From IMG/VR virus record IMGVR_UViG_3300023179_000094, positions 7,397 through 71,396 of that record: 64,000 nucleotides of DNA; one strand, given 5' to 3'. Of the stretch, positions 18,581 through 27,293 are shown one piece after another. Every line of letters begins with the position of its first letter. Position 1 is the stretch's first letter. This DNA is from a virus. The notes beneath the pieces were generated by a model. That model saw only the letters and a program-made list of their open reading frames with translations. It did not search any database and was not told where the DNA came from. The position numbers were made by a program, and so were the translations under genes.

Positions 18581-21247
18581 ATGGATTTACTGAATAAACT
18601 CAAAACACTAAGAAATACAACAACCTCTCCTGAGGTAAAAGCTATCTGCGAATCAAACATTCAAAAGATAGAAAAGGGAGATTCTAATATCAACACCGAT
18701 TTGATTATGGAATCTATTCAAAATATTGAAACTGTGAATACACCAGCACAAGATCCCTTTCAGCTAATGAGAGAACAAGAATTGGCTAGATCGAAAAACG
18801 CAGCCAGTAGAATCATGGAATCGTGGGGTGGTGTTGGAAATGGATTATCTAAGAACTCTGGAAGCTACGTTGAAAGCGAAAAGCCACAAACACCTAAAGT
18901 AGACTATTCTAGTTTGAACGAAAATTTAGCCACTCTTGCTTCACATGATAAAGGAGTAGAAGCTTTCATGAAATCTGAAGAAGTACATAATCTTGGTGTT
19001 TTTGAAGGAATTAGCGTCATCCGTAATTCTGGTATTTTCGAGCATCCTTCTATCAAAATTATTTGCGAAAAATATTATCATTTGATTAAAACTAAAAACA
19101 TCCCAGAATTTCTTGTTGCAGAAGGATTTATTCAAGAAATAAAGAATTTCGATTGGGATGAAAGAGTTCAGGAAATTACAGAATCACTAGAAGACCGTTT
19201 AGACGATCTTAGACCAGAAATAGAAGTTTCAAAAGCATTGTATGCAATTTCAAGCAACGCCGGATCCGACTTTTATTCGCCAGTAACTGAATCTTTGAAT
19301 AATTGGTTGGTTTCCGAGAATAAATCGATTTCTCTTTTGTCGAAGGAAATCTCAAGATGGCAATTCAATCCAATCGTGAGAAATTTATTGAATAATCTTT
19401 CTCTGATGGAGAGCGATTCGACCAAGTTGAATATTCCAATTCATTCTGGTAATTCTTCGGTCAGAAGAGTTTTCTCACCTGTTCTCGTTGAAGGAGGTAA
19501 AACAATATTTACTATCGGACCAAATGTTTTTGAAGGATCTAATCAAGGATTAAAGAGATTGAATCGTGGCCAAGTTGCTGTTTTGCCTAAAAATTATCTT
19601 TCCGTTTTGGAATCTTTTTATGCTCCTTATGTGAAAGTTGACGAGCATGGTTTGAATGTTTTTGTAGGAAAAAATAAATTTTCATTGGTCGAAGAAGGAG
19701 AAGGCGTATCCGTTCTTTTTAATGGAAAATCTATGAGATTTCAAGATAAAGTCAATCTTTCAAAAGCAATCGGTTTAGAAATTTCAGGATCTCTAGGAAT
19801 GAATGAAAATAAAATTGTCTATGACATTTTAAATTTGTATGAAAACTTCTTTTCTATTGTAGAACTTGATTTCGCAAAGAGAATTGAATCTAAAGTTTAC
19901 GAAGGTGCTTCTGTTAATTTGATCAAGTGGGAAAACAAAATTTTCCTAAATCGAATCAACGAGTCAATGTCAGATAACTCTGTATTTGAAGTTAACGGAA
20001 CACAGGCAACTAATATGGTTAGAGAATTCCTAAAGTATGACATTTCAGAGGGTTTAACAGAATTCTTAGAGGGAGAATCTAGAATTAAATCTATTATGAT
20101 TAATGATAGAAAAAAGCTGATGGAAAATATTACGGTTCTAGAAGGACAGCTTCGAAAAGTTGAATCTCAAATGGGTTCAAATCCTTTGTTTGCTAATTCG
20201 ACCGAACTTCAAAGAGCACAAAATTTGTTAGAAAAGGAACTTTCTTCCTTGCGCAAAAAATGGTCTGCTGTTAACACCGAACTGGATAAAATTGAAAACC
20301 AAGCTCTTGCTTTTGAGGAAGTTTTCGAGGATGATAAATTCAATGTAGGAGAATATGTTAAAGTTTTAGAATCTGGTAATACGGGAAAAATCATCTCTAT
20401 TGACAGCACATCTGGATCCTATACTGTTTTGATGGATAACGGCAGAACTGGGGAATTTAAAATCGATGAGATTGTTAATTTAGATGATGCTTTGTCCAGA
20501 GCAGGGGATGAGAATGAAGCAGATGCAGAAACACAGGAGGAATTAAAAGAAGCTTCGCAACAAATGGCAATTGCTCCCGGGAAATCTTCGAAAGAAAAGA
20601 AAGATGCAACCCCAGGAAACACGATGAGAAAAAATACCGAGGCTGCACCCAAAGGAAAGGATAACAATAAGTCTGGTCAAAAAGATTTCGAAAATTTGGA
20701 GGATGCTAATTTGGAAGAAGCTCCGGAAGGAAAGGAAAAACACACCAAATATAAGGCAACTAAAGGTGCAGGTTATAATTTGTCCGAAGATACAACATTC
20801 AGCAAATCTGATGTTAAACTTATGAGATTGGCAGAAACACCGGGATCTGAAGAAGGTGATGCAGATTATGATGTAAAAGGAATTAGATTCAAAGCTAAAA
20901 ATCCACAAGTCATGAAGACAGATCCGAATTTTGCTTCTGCCCCCGGAGATGAAAAGGGAAAAGAACTTCGTTACAAAGTAGACAACGAAATGGGTTACAA
21001 TGTCGATGAAAAAACTGACCTAGAAAAAACAAATCAAAATTTGGCTGTTGCTCCGGGTAGGTCCGAAGGAGATGCTGGGTATGGGGTAAAAACAATCAAA
21101 GGTAAATCACACAGTCCGCAGGTACAAAAAACAGATCCTAATTTTGCGGTTGCACCCTCTAAAGGAGCAGAAGGTAAACTTGGTTATAAATCGAACCGCG
21201 AAATGGGTTACAATATCGACGAAAGCGAAGAGTCAAAAAAAAACTAA
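18581..21247 (+). CDS. Large late protein (putative prohead core/internal protein) with C-terminal repeats
   Basis: Late motif at 18549; coiled coil; SH3/KOW-like FNVGEYVKV...TGKII; repeated AP(G/S)...GYN(L/V/I)xE units. Confidence 0.55.
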   Translation: MDLLNKLKTLRNTTTSPEVKAICESNIQKIEKGDSNINTDLIMESIQNIETVNTPAQDPFQLMREQELARSKNAASRIMESWGGVGNGLSKNSGSYVESEKPQTPKVDYSSLNENLATLASHDKGVEAFMKSEEVHNLGVFEGISVIRNSGIFEHPSIKIICEKYYHLIKTKNIPEFLVAEGFIQEIKNFDWDERVQEITESLEDRLDDLRPEIEVSKALYAISSNAGSDFYSPVTESLNNWLVSENKSISLLSKEISRWQFNPIVRNLLNNLSLMESDSTKLNIPIHSGNSSVRRVFSPVLVEGGKTIFTIGPNVFEGSNQGLKRLNRGQVAVLPKNYLSVLESFYAPYVKVDEHGLNVFVGKNKFSLVEEGEGVSVLFNGKSMRFQDKVNLSKAIGLEISGSLGMNENKIVYDILNLYENFFSIVELDFAKRIESKVYEGASVNLIKWENKIFLNRINESMSDNSVFEVNGTQATNMVREFLKYDISEGLTEFLEGESRIKSIMINDRKKLMENITVLEGQLRKVESQMGSNPLFANSTELQRAQNLLEKELSSLRKKWSAVNTELDKIENQALAFEEVFEDDKFNVGEYVKVLESGNTGKIISIDSTSGSYTVLMDNGRTGEFKIDEIVNLDDALSRAGDENEADAETQEELKEASQQMAIAPGKSSKEKKDATPGNTMRKNTEAAPKGKDNNKSGQKDFENLEDANLEEAPEGKEKHTKYKATKGAGYNLSEDTTFSKSDVKLMRLAETPGSEEGDADYDVKGIRFKAKNPQVMKTDPNFASAPGDEKGKELRYKVDNEMGYNVDEKTDLEKTNQNLAVAPGRSEGDAGYGVKTIKGKSHSPQVQKTDPNFAVAPSKGAEGKLGYKSNREMGYNIDESEESKKN

Positions 21248-21414
21248 AAAAAATCCTTAGTAGGGTTTGGGCTTTTGCACCATCTGATCCAGATCAGGAT
21301 AAAAAACCAGAACCTTTTGTAGATGACTACAAAAAAGGAATGAGTTTTGCTCCGACCGGAAAATCTGAAGATAACAACCTTTCTGACGATTCGCCAGAGG
21401 AAAATAAGTTTTAA
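21244..21414 (+). CDS. -1 frame extension of the 888-aa protein (56 codons)
   Basis: Follows A9-C-TAA; reads LKKILSRVWAFAPSDPDQDKKPEPFVDDYKKGMSFAPTGK..., continuing the xAP repeat motif. Confidence 0.6.
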   Translation, partial: LKKILSRVWAFAPSDPDQDKKPEPFVDDYKKGMSFAPTGKSEDNNLSDDSPEENKF

Positions 21415-21472
21415 ATGAAACTAACCTCGAGGTTAAAACTAAGATTCTAAGTTAGCAATTTTTTAACATTTA

Positions 21473-21832
21473 ATGACGAAAGTTTACGTTACCAACTCCA
21501 GTTTAATGGCTGCTATTTTAGAATCTAAAAAGAATGGACAACTGACTGTAGAGGCCATTGAAATGTTCAATTTAATGATTGCTGGAATTTCCAAGAAAAT
21601 GGCTTACAAAGATCCTGACGACAAAGCTGATTGTATGGCTTTTGCAATGGAGGATCTTTGTAAATATTGGAACAGATTCGACCCTACTAAATCAAATAAT
21701 CCATTTGCATATTATACACAGATAGCTAAAAACGGATTCGCAAAGGGCTGGAAAAAAATTCATCCCCCAAAATCACCCAAAACCATTCCATTTTCTTATA
21801 TTACAGGAGAAGACAATTCCTATAATATTTAA
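21473..21832 (+). CDS. T4 gp55-like late sigma factor (short)
   Basis: YVTN, YKDPDDKADC, RFDPTKSNNPFAYYTQIAKNGF motifs. Confidence 0.75.
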   Translation: MTKVYVTNSSLMAAILESKKNGQLTVEAIEMFNLMIAGISKKMAYKDPDDKADCMAFAMEDLCKYWNRFDPTKSNNPFAYYTQIAKNGFAKGWKKIHPPKSPKTIPFSYITGEDNSYNI

Positions 21833-22318
21833 ATGACTGACATTAAGAAAATAAAACCTAACGGTGACTACAAATCTGGTTTGTATGTACCCGTTAATCC
21901 AGAAAAATATGTTGGTGATATTCACAACATTATTTGTAGATCAAGTTGGGAATTCAGATTTTGCAAATATTGTGATAACAATGAAAAAATTTTAAAGTGG
22001 AGTTCTGAACCAGCGGCAATTCCTTATTACAATCCACTAGATAAAAAAGATCACAATTACAACGTTGATTTTTACTTGAAAGTTCTTCAAGATGATGGAA
22101 ATGAACAGGAATGGCTGGTGGAGGTTAAGCCAGAAAAACAACACCAAAAGCCAATCTACGAAGGAACATACACCGTAGAAAAATTAAAATCTTACAATCA
22201 CAAAATGCAAATTTGGATTACCAATCAGGCCAAATTCAAAGCTGCAAAACACTGGGCAGAAAGTAGAGGTATGAAATTCGGAGTTGTCAACGAGAAATTC
22301 CTATTTCAAAGCAAATGA
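21833..22318 (+). CDS. Head completion nuclease (T4 gp4 / TnsA-like)
   Basis: PVNPEKYVGD, RSSWE, WSSEP, IPY, YNVDF, EVKP, AKFKAA. Confidence 0.85.
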   Translation: MTDIKKIKPNGDYKSGLYVPVNPEKYVGDIHNIICRSSWEFRFCKYCDNNEKILKWSSEPAAIPYYNPLDKKDHNYNVDFYLKVLQDDGNEQEWLVEVKPEKQHQKPIYEGTYTVEKLKSYNHKMQIWITNQAKFKAAKHWAESRGMKFGVVNEKFLFQSK

Positions 22319-22917
22319 TGGACTTTCCCGAACAGGCTAAAAAATTGAGAAGTCAATTTTCCTCTTTGTCTGAACTTAATTCCTTCGTAAACCAAGAATT
22401 CTTAGAGAAGTATGGCCCCGACTCAAAAAATCCCGGTGAAAAATTCACAGCCTTCAAGAGTGGAAAAATTTATTTTGCATTACATATCACAAAATCAAAG
22501 CCAGGAGAAAAAAATTCGTTTGTTAATAGATATCCTTGTTTTCTTTTTTTGTCTGAAGAAAGGATTGGAAATAGTGTAATTTGTAAAGTTATGGATTTAA
22601 CAATTGTCCCACCCGATAATCTCGCAGAAATTTTAACACGTTTGACCAAAACTTTTTCGGAAATACTTGACGAAAATGTCAGAAACATTTCTGGATCTCA
22701 AATGCCATTGAATCTAAAAGGAGAAAATTTACAAAAAATATTCAAAGGTACTGGATACGAATTCGCGATTTTTGGACTCGTAAAGGAAAATTTGAGGGGA
22801 ATGAAAATAGTAGATTATTCAGATTGGGTTAAAATCCCATATTTCAACCAAGCCACTTTAGAGGGTCTCTCTCTGGATCAGATATATAGAGAATATAAAT
22901 CGAAAATAAAAATTTGA
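22315..22917 (+). CDS. Hypothetical protein, possibly DNA end protector (gp2-like)
   Basis: GKIYF...NRYP..LFL weakly resembles gp2; adjacent to the gp4-like gene. Confidence 0.35.
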   Translation: MMDFPEQAKKLRSQFSSLSELNSFVNQEFLEKYGPDSKNPGEKFTAFKSGKIYFALHITKSKPGEKNSFVNRYPCFLFLSEERIGNSVICKVMDLTIVPPDNLAEILTRLTKTFSEILDENVRNISGSQMPLNLKGENLQKIFKGTGYEFAIFGLVKENLRGMKIVDYSDWVKIPYFNQATLEGLSLDQIYREYKSKIKI

Positions 22918-22947
22918 TTTTGTCTATAAAACCAAATTTCTGACTTC

Positions 22948-24573
22948 ATGGCAGGATTTAACGAGAACCCAAACACCAACCCTATATTCCAAAGAATTAG
23001 GGACTCGATCAAAAATCTGAGCAATTTCGGATTAAGATATGGAGACATGGTGGTCAAAAATTCACAGGCGATTGGTACCACAGAGGCAGAATTTTTAAAG
23101 AAAGGCCCGATTGAAGATGAAACTACACTTTTCTCTTTAGGTAGACAAGATACGACTACCAGACAGTACGTTTCATATTTTGATAAAGACTATGCAGGAA
23201 AAAGAGATTATCTAAGAAAATTTTCTTTAAATCCTGAGATTGAATACATTTTGGATACGGTCTGCGACGAGGCAATTTCCTACGATGGATTTAATTTTTT
23301 CGCATATCCAGCCTTCTTAAATATTATTGGAATTAAAAAAGATGTTATAGATAAAATTGATTCGACGTACAAAAAATTGTACGACATGTTTGGTTTCAAT
23401 GACGATATTTCTGCATGGCAATATTTCAGACAACTTCTTGTTGATGGTTTCGTTGCTTTCGAAATCGTATACGATGACAAGGGAAAAAATATTATTGGTT
23501 TCAAAGAGCTAGACGCAACCACCCTTATGCCTTCCGTAGAAAAGCAAAAAGATGGAACCTTCTTAAATGTTTGGTATCAATATCCTAAGGACGAAAGAAA
23601 AAGGAGGATGCTTTACGATTCTCAAATCATTTATCTTTCTTACGCCAAAGGTAATTCTGTTTCAAGAGTAAGTTATACTGAAAGATTAATTCGTCCGTAC
23701 AATGTTCTGAGGATCATTGAATACACTCGTGTCATTTGGTCTGTGATGAATGCATCATTCCGTCTGAAAATGACAGTCCCCGTGGGGTCCAGATCACAAC
23801 AAAAGGCTATGCAAACTCTTGGTGAGTTGATGTCCATATACAAAGAAGATATTCAATTCAACGATGAAAGTGGGGAACTTTCGGTAAATGGTCAGCCAAA
23901 AATTCAGTTTTACAAAAATTATCTGATGCCCAAGGGAGCTTTAGGTACTCCAAATATTGAACCACTCAACACCGCCGGACCAAATTTGAACGATCCAGCT
24001 CCATTGGCTTACTTTTTCGACAAGTTGGTTCAAGAATCTAAAATTCCATTTTCTAGATTTCAAGGACCAGATGGTGGATCGATTGGTAAATATGCCAATG
24101 CAGCAGAAGGATTGGATAAAGAGGAAATTAGATTCGCAAAGTTTATTATGAGATTAAGATCCGTTTTTCAGGACATTCTTATAAAACCTTTGTGGATTCA
24201 ATTGTGTAGAGATTTTCCACAATTGGAGAAAGATTACATGTTCAGAAGTCAACTTGGATTAACTTTTGTTTCGGATAATCCATTCAGAGTTAATCAGGAA
24301 ATAGAAACGATGAACAAAAGGAAAGAATCCATAGATGCCATGTATGGATTGGTGGACGGAGAAGGGCAGCCTTTCTTTTCTTTGGGTTATTTAATTGAAA
24401 ATTTTCTTGGAATGACTGAGGATGATATCAAATCCAACGAAGAAGCTAAAGAGAAGGCCAAGAATAAAAAATCGAAAGAAACTCCAGAAGGCGGAGAAGG
24501 ATCTGAAGGCGGTGCTCCAGAATCAGGAACCGAACCAGGAGGATCTCCACCAGAAACAGAAACACCGGCATAA
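22948..24573 (+). CDS. Portal protein (T4 gp20-like), paralog 1
   Basis: PEIEYILDTVCDEAI, FRQLLVDG, SYTERLIRPYN, YFFDKL..ESKIPFSRF, EEIRFAKFIMRLRSVF. Confidence 0.9.
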   Translation: MAGFNENPNTNPIFQRIRDSIKNLSNFGLRYGDMVVKNSQAIGTTEAEFLKKGPIEDETTLFSLGRQDTTTRQYVSYFDKDYAGKRDYLRKFSLNPEIEYILDTVCDEAISYDGFNFFAYPAFLNIIGIKKDVIDKIDSTYKKLYDMFGFNDDISAWQYFRQLLVDGFVAFEIVYDDKGKNIIGFKELDATTLMPSVEKQKDGTFLNVWYQYPKDERKRRMLYDSQIIYLSYAKGNSVSRVSYTERLIRPYNVLRIIEYTRVIWSVMNASFRLKMTVPVGSRSQQKAMQTLGELMSIYKEDIQFNDESGELSVNGQPKIQFYKNYLMPKGALGTPNIEPLNTAGPNLNDPAPLAYFFDKLVQESKIPFSRFQGPDGGSIGKYANAAEGLDKEEIRFAKFIMRLRSVFQDILIKPLWIQLCRDFPQLEKDYMFRSQLGLTFVSDNPFRVNQEIETMNKRKESIDAMYGLVDGEGQPFFSLGYLIENFLGMTEDDIKSNEEAKEKAKNKKSKETPEGGEGSEGGAPESGTEPGGSPPETETPA

Positions 24574-24575
24574 TT

Positions 24576-26183
24576 ATGGCAGGATTTAACGATGATAACA
24601 GCCAGCAGCGTTCCTTTTTAGGAAATCTGTACAGAAACCTATCTAAGATTGGAAGGTTTGGTATGCAGTACGAGGATATGGTTATCCGGAATTCTCAGGC
24701 TATAGGGGCAACCGAATCTACCTTTTTCAACAACCAAGGAACGGGATTCACCGAGAATGATGCTTTCTTCTGGACTTTAGGTTATCAAGATACTAGAGTA
24801 AGAAAATACATAGCCTATTTTGACAAGGATTATCTTGGAAAAAGAGAGTTTCTAAGAAAGTTTGCTTTGAATGGAGAAATTGATTTTATTCTAGATACTT
24901 TATCAGACGATGCCATCAACTACGATGACAAAAATTTCTTTGGTTATCCGTCTTTGTTAAATATTGATTTAAAACCAGAAGTTCGTTCCAAGGTAGAAGA
25001 AAATTTTAGAACTTTGTACATGCTGTTTGGTTTTCAACAAAGTACTCTCGCCTGGCAGTATTTCCGTCAATTTCTGATAGATGGTTTTTTGGCTTTTGAA
25101 ATTGTCTACTCGACAGATGGAAAAAAAATTGTTGGTTTTAAAGAATTAGATGCCACTTCCCTTCAACCTGCAACTGAACAACAACCTAACAAAGAATTTC
25201 AACAAATCTGGATTCAATACCCAGGTGATCCCAGAATGACCAGAAAATTAAAGGCAGAGCAGGTCATTTATCTTTCCTATGCCAAGGGTAATTCCGTTTC
25301 CAGAGTTAGCTACACTGAAAGACTGATCAGATCTTATAACATTCTGAGAGTCATGGAAAATACTAGGGTAATTTGGAATGTCATGAACGCTTCATATCGT
25401 TTGAAATTTGTTATTCCCGTTGGAACCCAATCCGGACAAAAAGCTATGCAAACCCTGGGACAGCTGATGTCTCAGTATAAAGAAGAAATTCAAATTAATG
25501 ATACCTCCGGGGAATTGACTGTTAATGGTGCTCCCAGAGTACAGTTTTACAAAAATTATCTCTTCCCAGAAAAAGACGGGGAATCGCCAGACATTAACAC
25601 TTTAAATCCAAATGGTCCCGATTTCAACGTGATGGAAAATGTTGTTTATTTTTACAACAAGCTAAAATTGGACTCCAAAATTCCATATGCTAGGTTCGCT
25701 GGAAGAAGTGGGCCTGCCACCTATCAAATATCAATTGACCAGTTAGAAAGAGACGAAATTAGATACGAAAAATTTGTTACACGTTTGAGATCGGTTTTTC
25801 AAGAACTTTTGGTTAAACCTCTTTATATCCAAACTTGTTTGGATTTTCCTGCCTTGTCTGAAGATAGATCATTCAAAGTAAATTTGGGTTTGAACTTCGT
25901 TAAAGAAAATGTTTTCGAACAACTAATTGTTTTATCTAACTACACGAAAAGAACGACATTCATCACCGCATTGGGAGATATGAAACAAAAAATCGGAGAA
26001 GAAGAAGTTCCATATTTCGATAAGGAGTGGTTGATAAAAAGATGGCTTGGTTTGAGTATGGACGAATATAGAGAAAACGAAAAATTCAAAAAAGAAGAAA
26101 AGAATCAAGCGGACAAGGCCAAAAAGGATAAAGGTGAAGAAGGAAAGGGTGGAGAAACAGATGCATCAGATTTCACGCTTTAA
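24576..26183 (+). CDS. Portal protein (T4 gp20-like), paralog 2
   Basis: Same motif series (FRQFLIDG, SKIPYARF, RDEIRYEKFVTRLRSVF); full length and intact. Confidence 0.9.
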   Translation: MAGFNDDNSQQRSFLGNLYRNLSKIGRFGMQYEDMVIRNSQAIGATESTFFNNQGTGFTENDAFFWTLGYQDTRVRKYIAYFDKDYLGKREFLRKFALNGEIDFILDTLSDDAINYDDKNFFGYPSLLNIDLKPEVRSKVEENFRTLYMLFGFQQSTLAWQYFRQFLIDGFLAFEIVYSTDGKKIVGFKELDATSLQPATEQQPNKEFQQIWIQYPGDPRMTRKLKAEQVIYLSYAKGNSVSRVSYTERLIRSYNILRVMENTRVIWNVMNASYRLKFVIPVGTQSGQKAMQTLGQLMSQYKEEIQINDTSGELTVNGAPRVQFYKNYLFPEKDGESPDINTLNPNGPDFNVMENVVYFYNKLKLDSKIPYARFAGRSGPATYQISIDQLERDEIRYEKFVTRLRSVFQELLVKPLYIQTCLDFPALSEDRSFKVNLGLNFVKENVFEQLIVLSNYTKRTTFITALGDMKQKIGEEEVPYFDKEWLIKRWLGLSMDEYRENEKFKKEEKNQADKAKKDKGEEGKGGETDASDFTL

Positions 26184-26193
26184 ATTTCAATAA

Positions 26194-27171
26194 ATGAATT
26201 TCAAAGAATTATTTTCAACACAGAAAATTCTTGTTGTGGGTGATTCCATTTTGGATCACTATGTGTATGGAAAAGTTCACAGGGTATCTCCAGAAGCACC
26301 AGTTCCGGTTGTTCTTAAGAACAAAGAAGAATTTTTCCTGGGCGGGGCGGCAAATGTAGCACAGAACATCACGATATTCGGAGCCAATTGTACCCTGTTA
26401 TCTTTGGTTGGTGATGATGAGGATGGAAAAATTTTGTTTGAAAAATGTATCGAGAAAAAAATCAACCCTATTTTTATCGAAGAAGAATCCAGACCAACAA
26501 CAAAAAAAACCAGAGTAATAGGAAATAAACATCAAATTGTTAGAATTGATGTTGAAACAACTTGTGATCTATTAGAAAACTCAACTTTGAAAATTATTGA
26601 AATTTTCGACGAACAGATTCAATCTCACGATGGAGTTATTTTTCAAGATTATGGGAAAGGGTTACTTACGGATTATCTTTTAGCATCTCTAATTGAAATA
26701 GCGAAAAAATACTCCAAAAAGATTTTGGTTGACCCTAAAGAACCAGATCTTGGGCGTTATCAAGGAATCGATCTGATCAAACCAAATCTGAGTGAATTCA
26801 AGACCATGGTGAATATCAAATCTGAAGAAGATTTAGAAATTGAACAGATTATAAATTATGCCCAATTGGTGATGGAGGAATTTGACTACCAATATTTCCT
26901 TATCACTTTATCGGAAAATGGCATGTTATTGGTTGGAAGACATTTTTCTCATCACATCCCTGGAATCAGTGTGGATGTTGCCGATGTCTCTGGGGCAGGG
27001 GATACCGTTTCTGCCATATTTGGATTGGGATTCTTTTCCGGTGAGAACGGTGTTTTATCGAATGATTATTTGATTGGTGTGGCAAAACTCGCTAATTTGG
27101 CAGGATCTTTAGTGTGTAGACATTCGGGGTCTATCCCAGTAAATCCTGAAGAATTGTGGAGATCTTCCTGA
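26194..27171 (+). CDS. hldA: D-glycero-D-manno-heptose-7-phosphate kinase (RfaE domain I / HldA, PfkB family)
   Basis: VVGDSILDHY, RVSPEAPVPV, GGAANVA, RPTTKKTR, DYGKG, VDPK, KPN, DVSGAGDTV. Confidence 0.85.
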   Translation: MNFKELFSTQKILVVGDSILDHYVYGKVHRVSPEAPVPVVLKNKEEFFLGGAANVAQNITIFGANCTLLSLVGDDEDGKILFEKCIEKKINPIFIEEESRPTTKKTRVIGNKHQIVRIDVETTCDLLENSTLKIIEIFDEQIQSHDGVIFQDYGKGLLTDYLLASLIEIAKKYSKKILVDPKEPDLGRYQGIDLIKPNLSEFKTMVNIKSEEDLEIEQIINYAQLVMEEFDYQYFLITLSENGMLLVGRHFSHHIPGISVDVADVSGAGDTVSAIFGLGFFSGENGVLSNDYLIGVAKLANLAGSLVCRHSGSIPVNPEELWRSS

Positions 27172-27257
27172 AAAGAATCTTTATAAGAATAAAAAAATAA
27201 TCATCGTTAAAAAATTTAAATTTTTTAAAAAAATGAAGTTTTTTTTGTTTTGTCGTC

Positions 27258-27265
27258 GATAAATA
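27258..27265 (+). promoter_or_regulatory. Late-promoter variant GATAAATA ahead of the envelope operon
   Basis: Same variant precedes the tail tube gene (8863). Confidence 0.55.
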
Positions 27266-27293
27266 GAATGACATCAAAAAAAATCTCAAATGA

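Noticed and set aside
21833-22318. TnsA transposase of a Tn7-like element
   Set aside because: No tnsB/C or terminal repeats; context fits a T4 gp4-like head completion nuclease.
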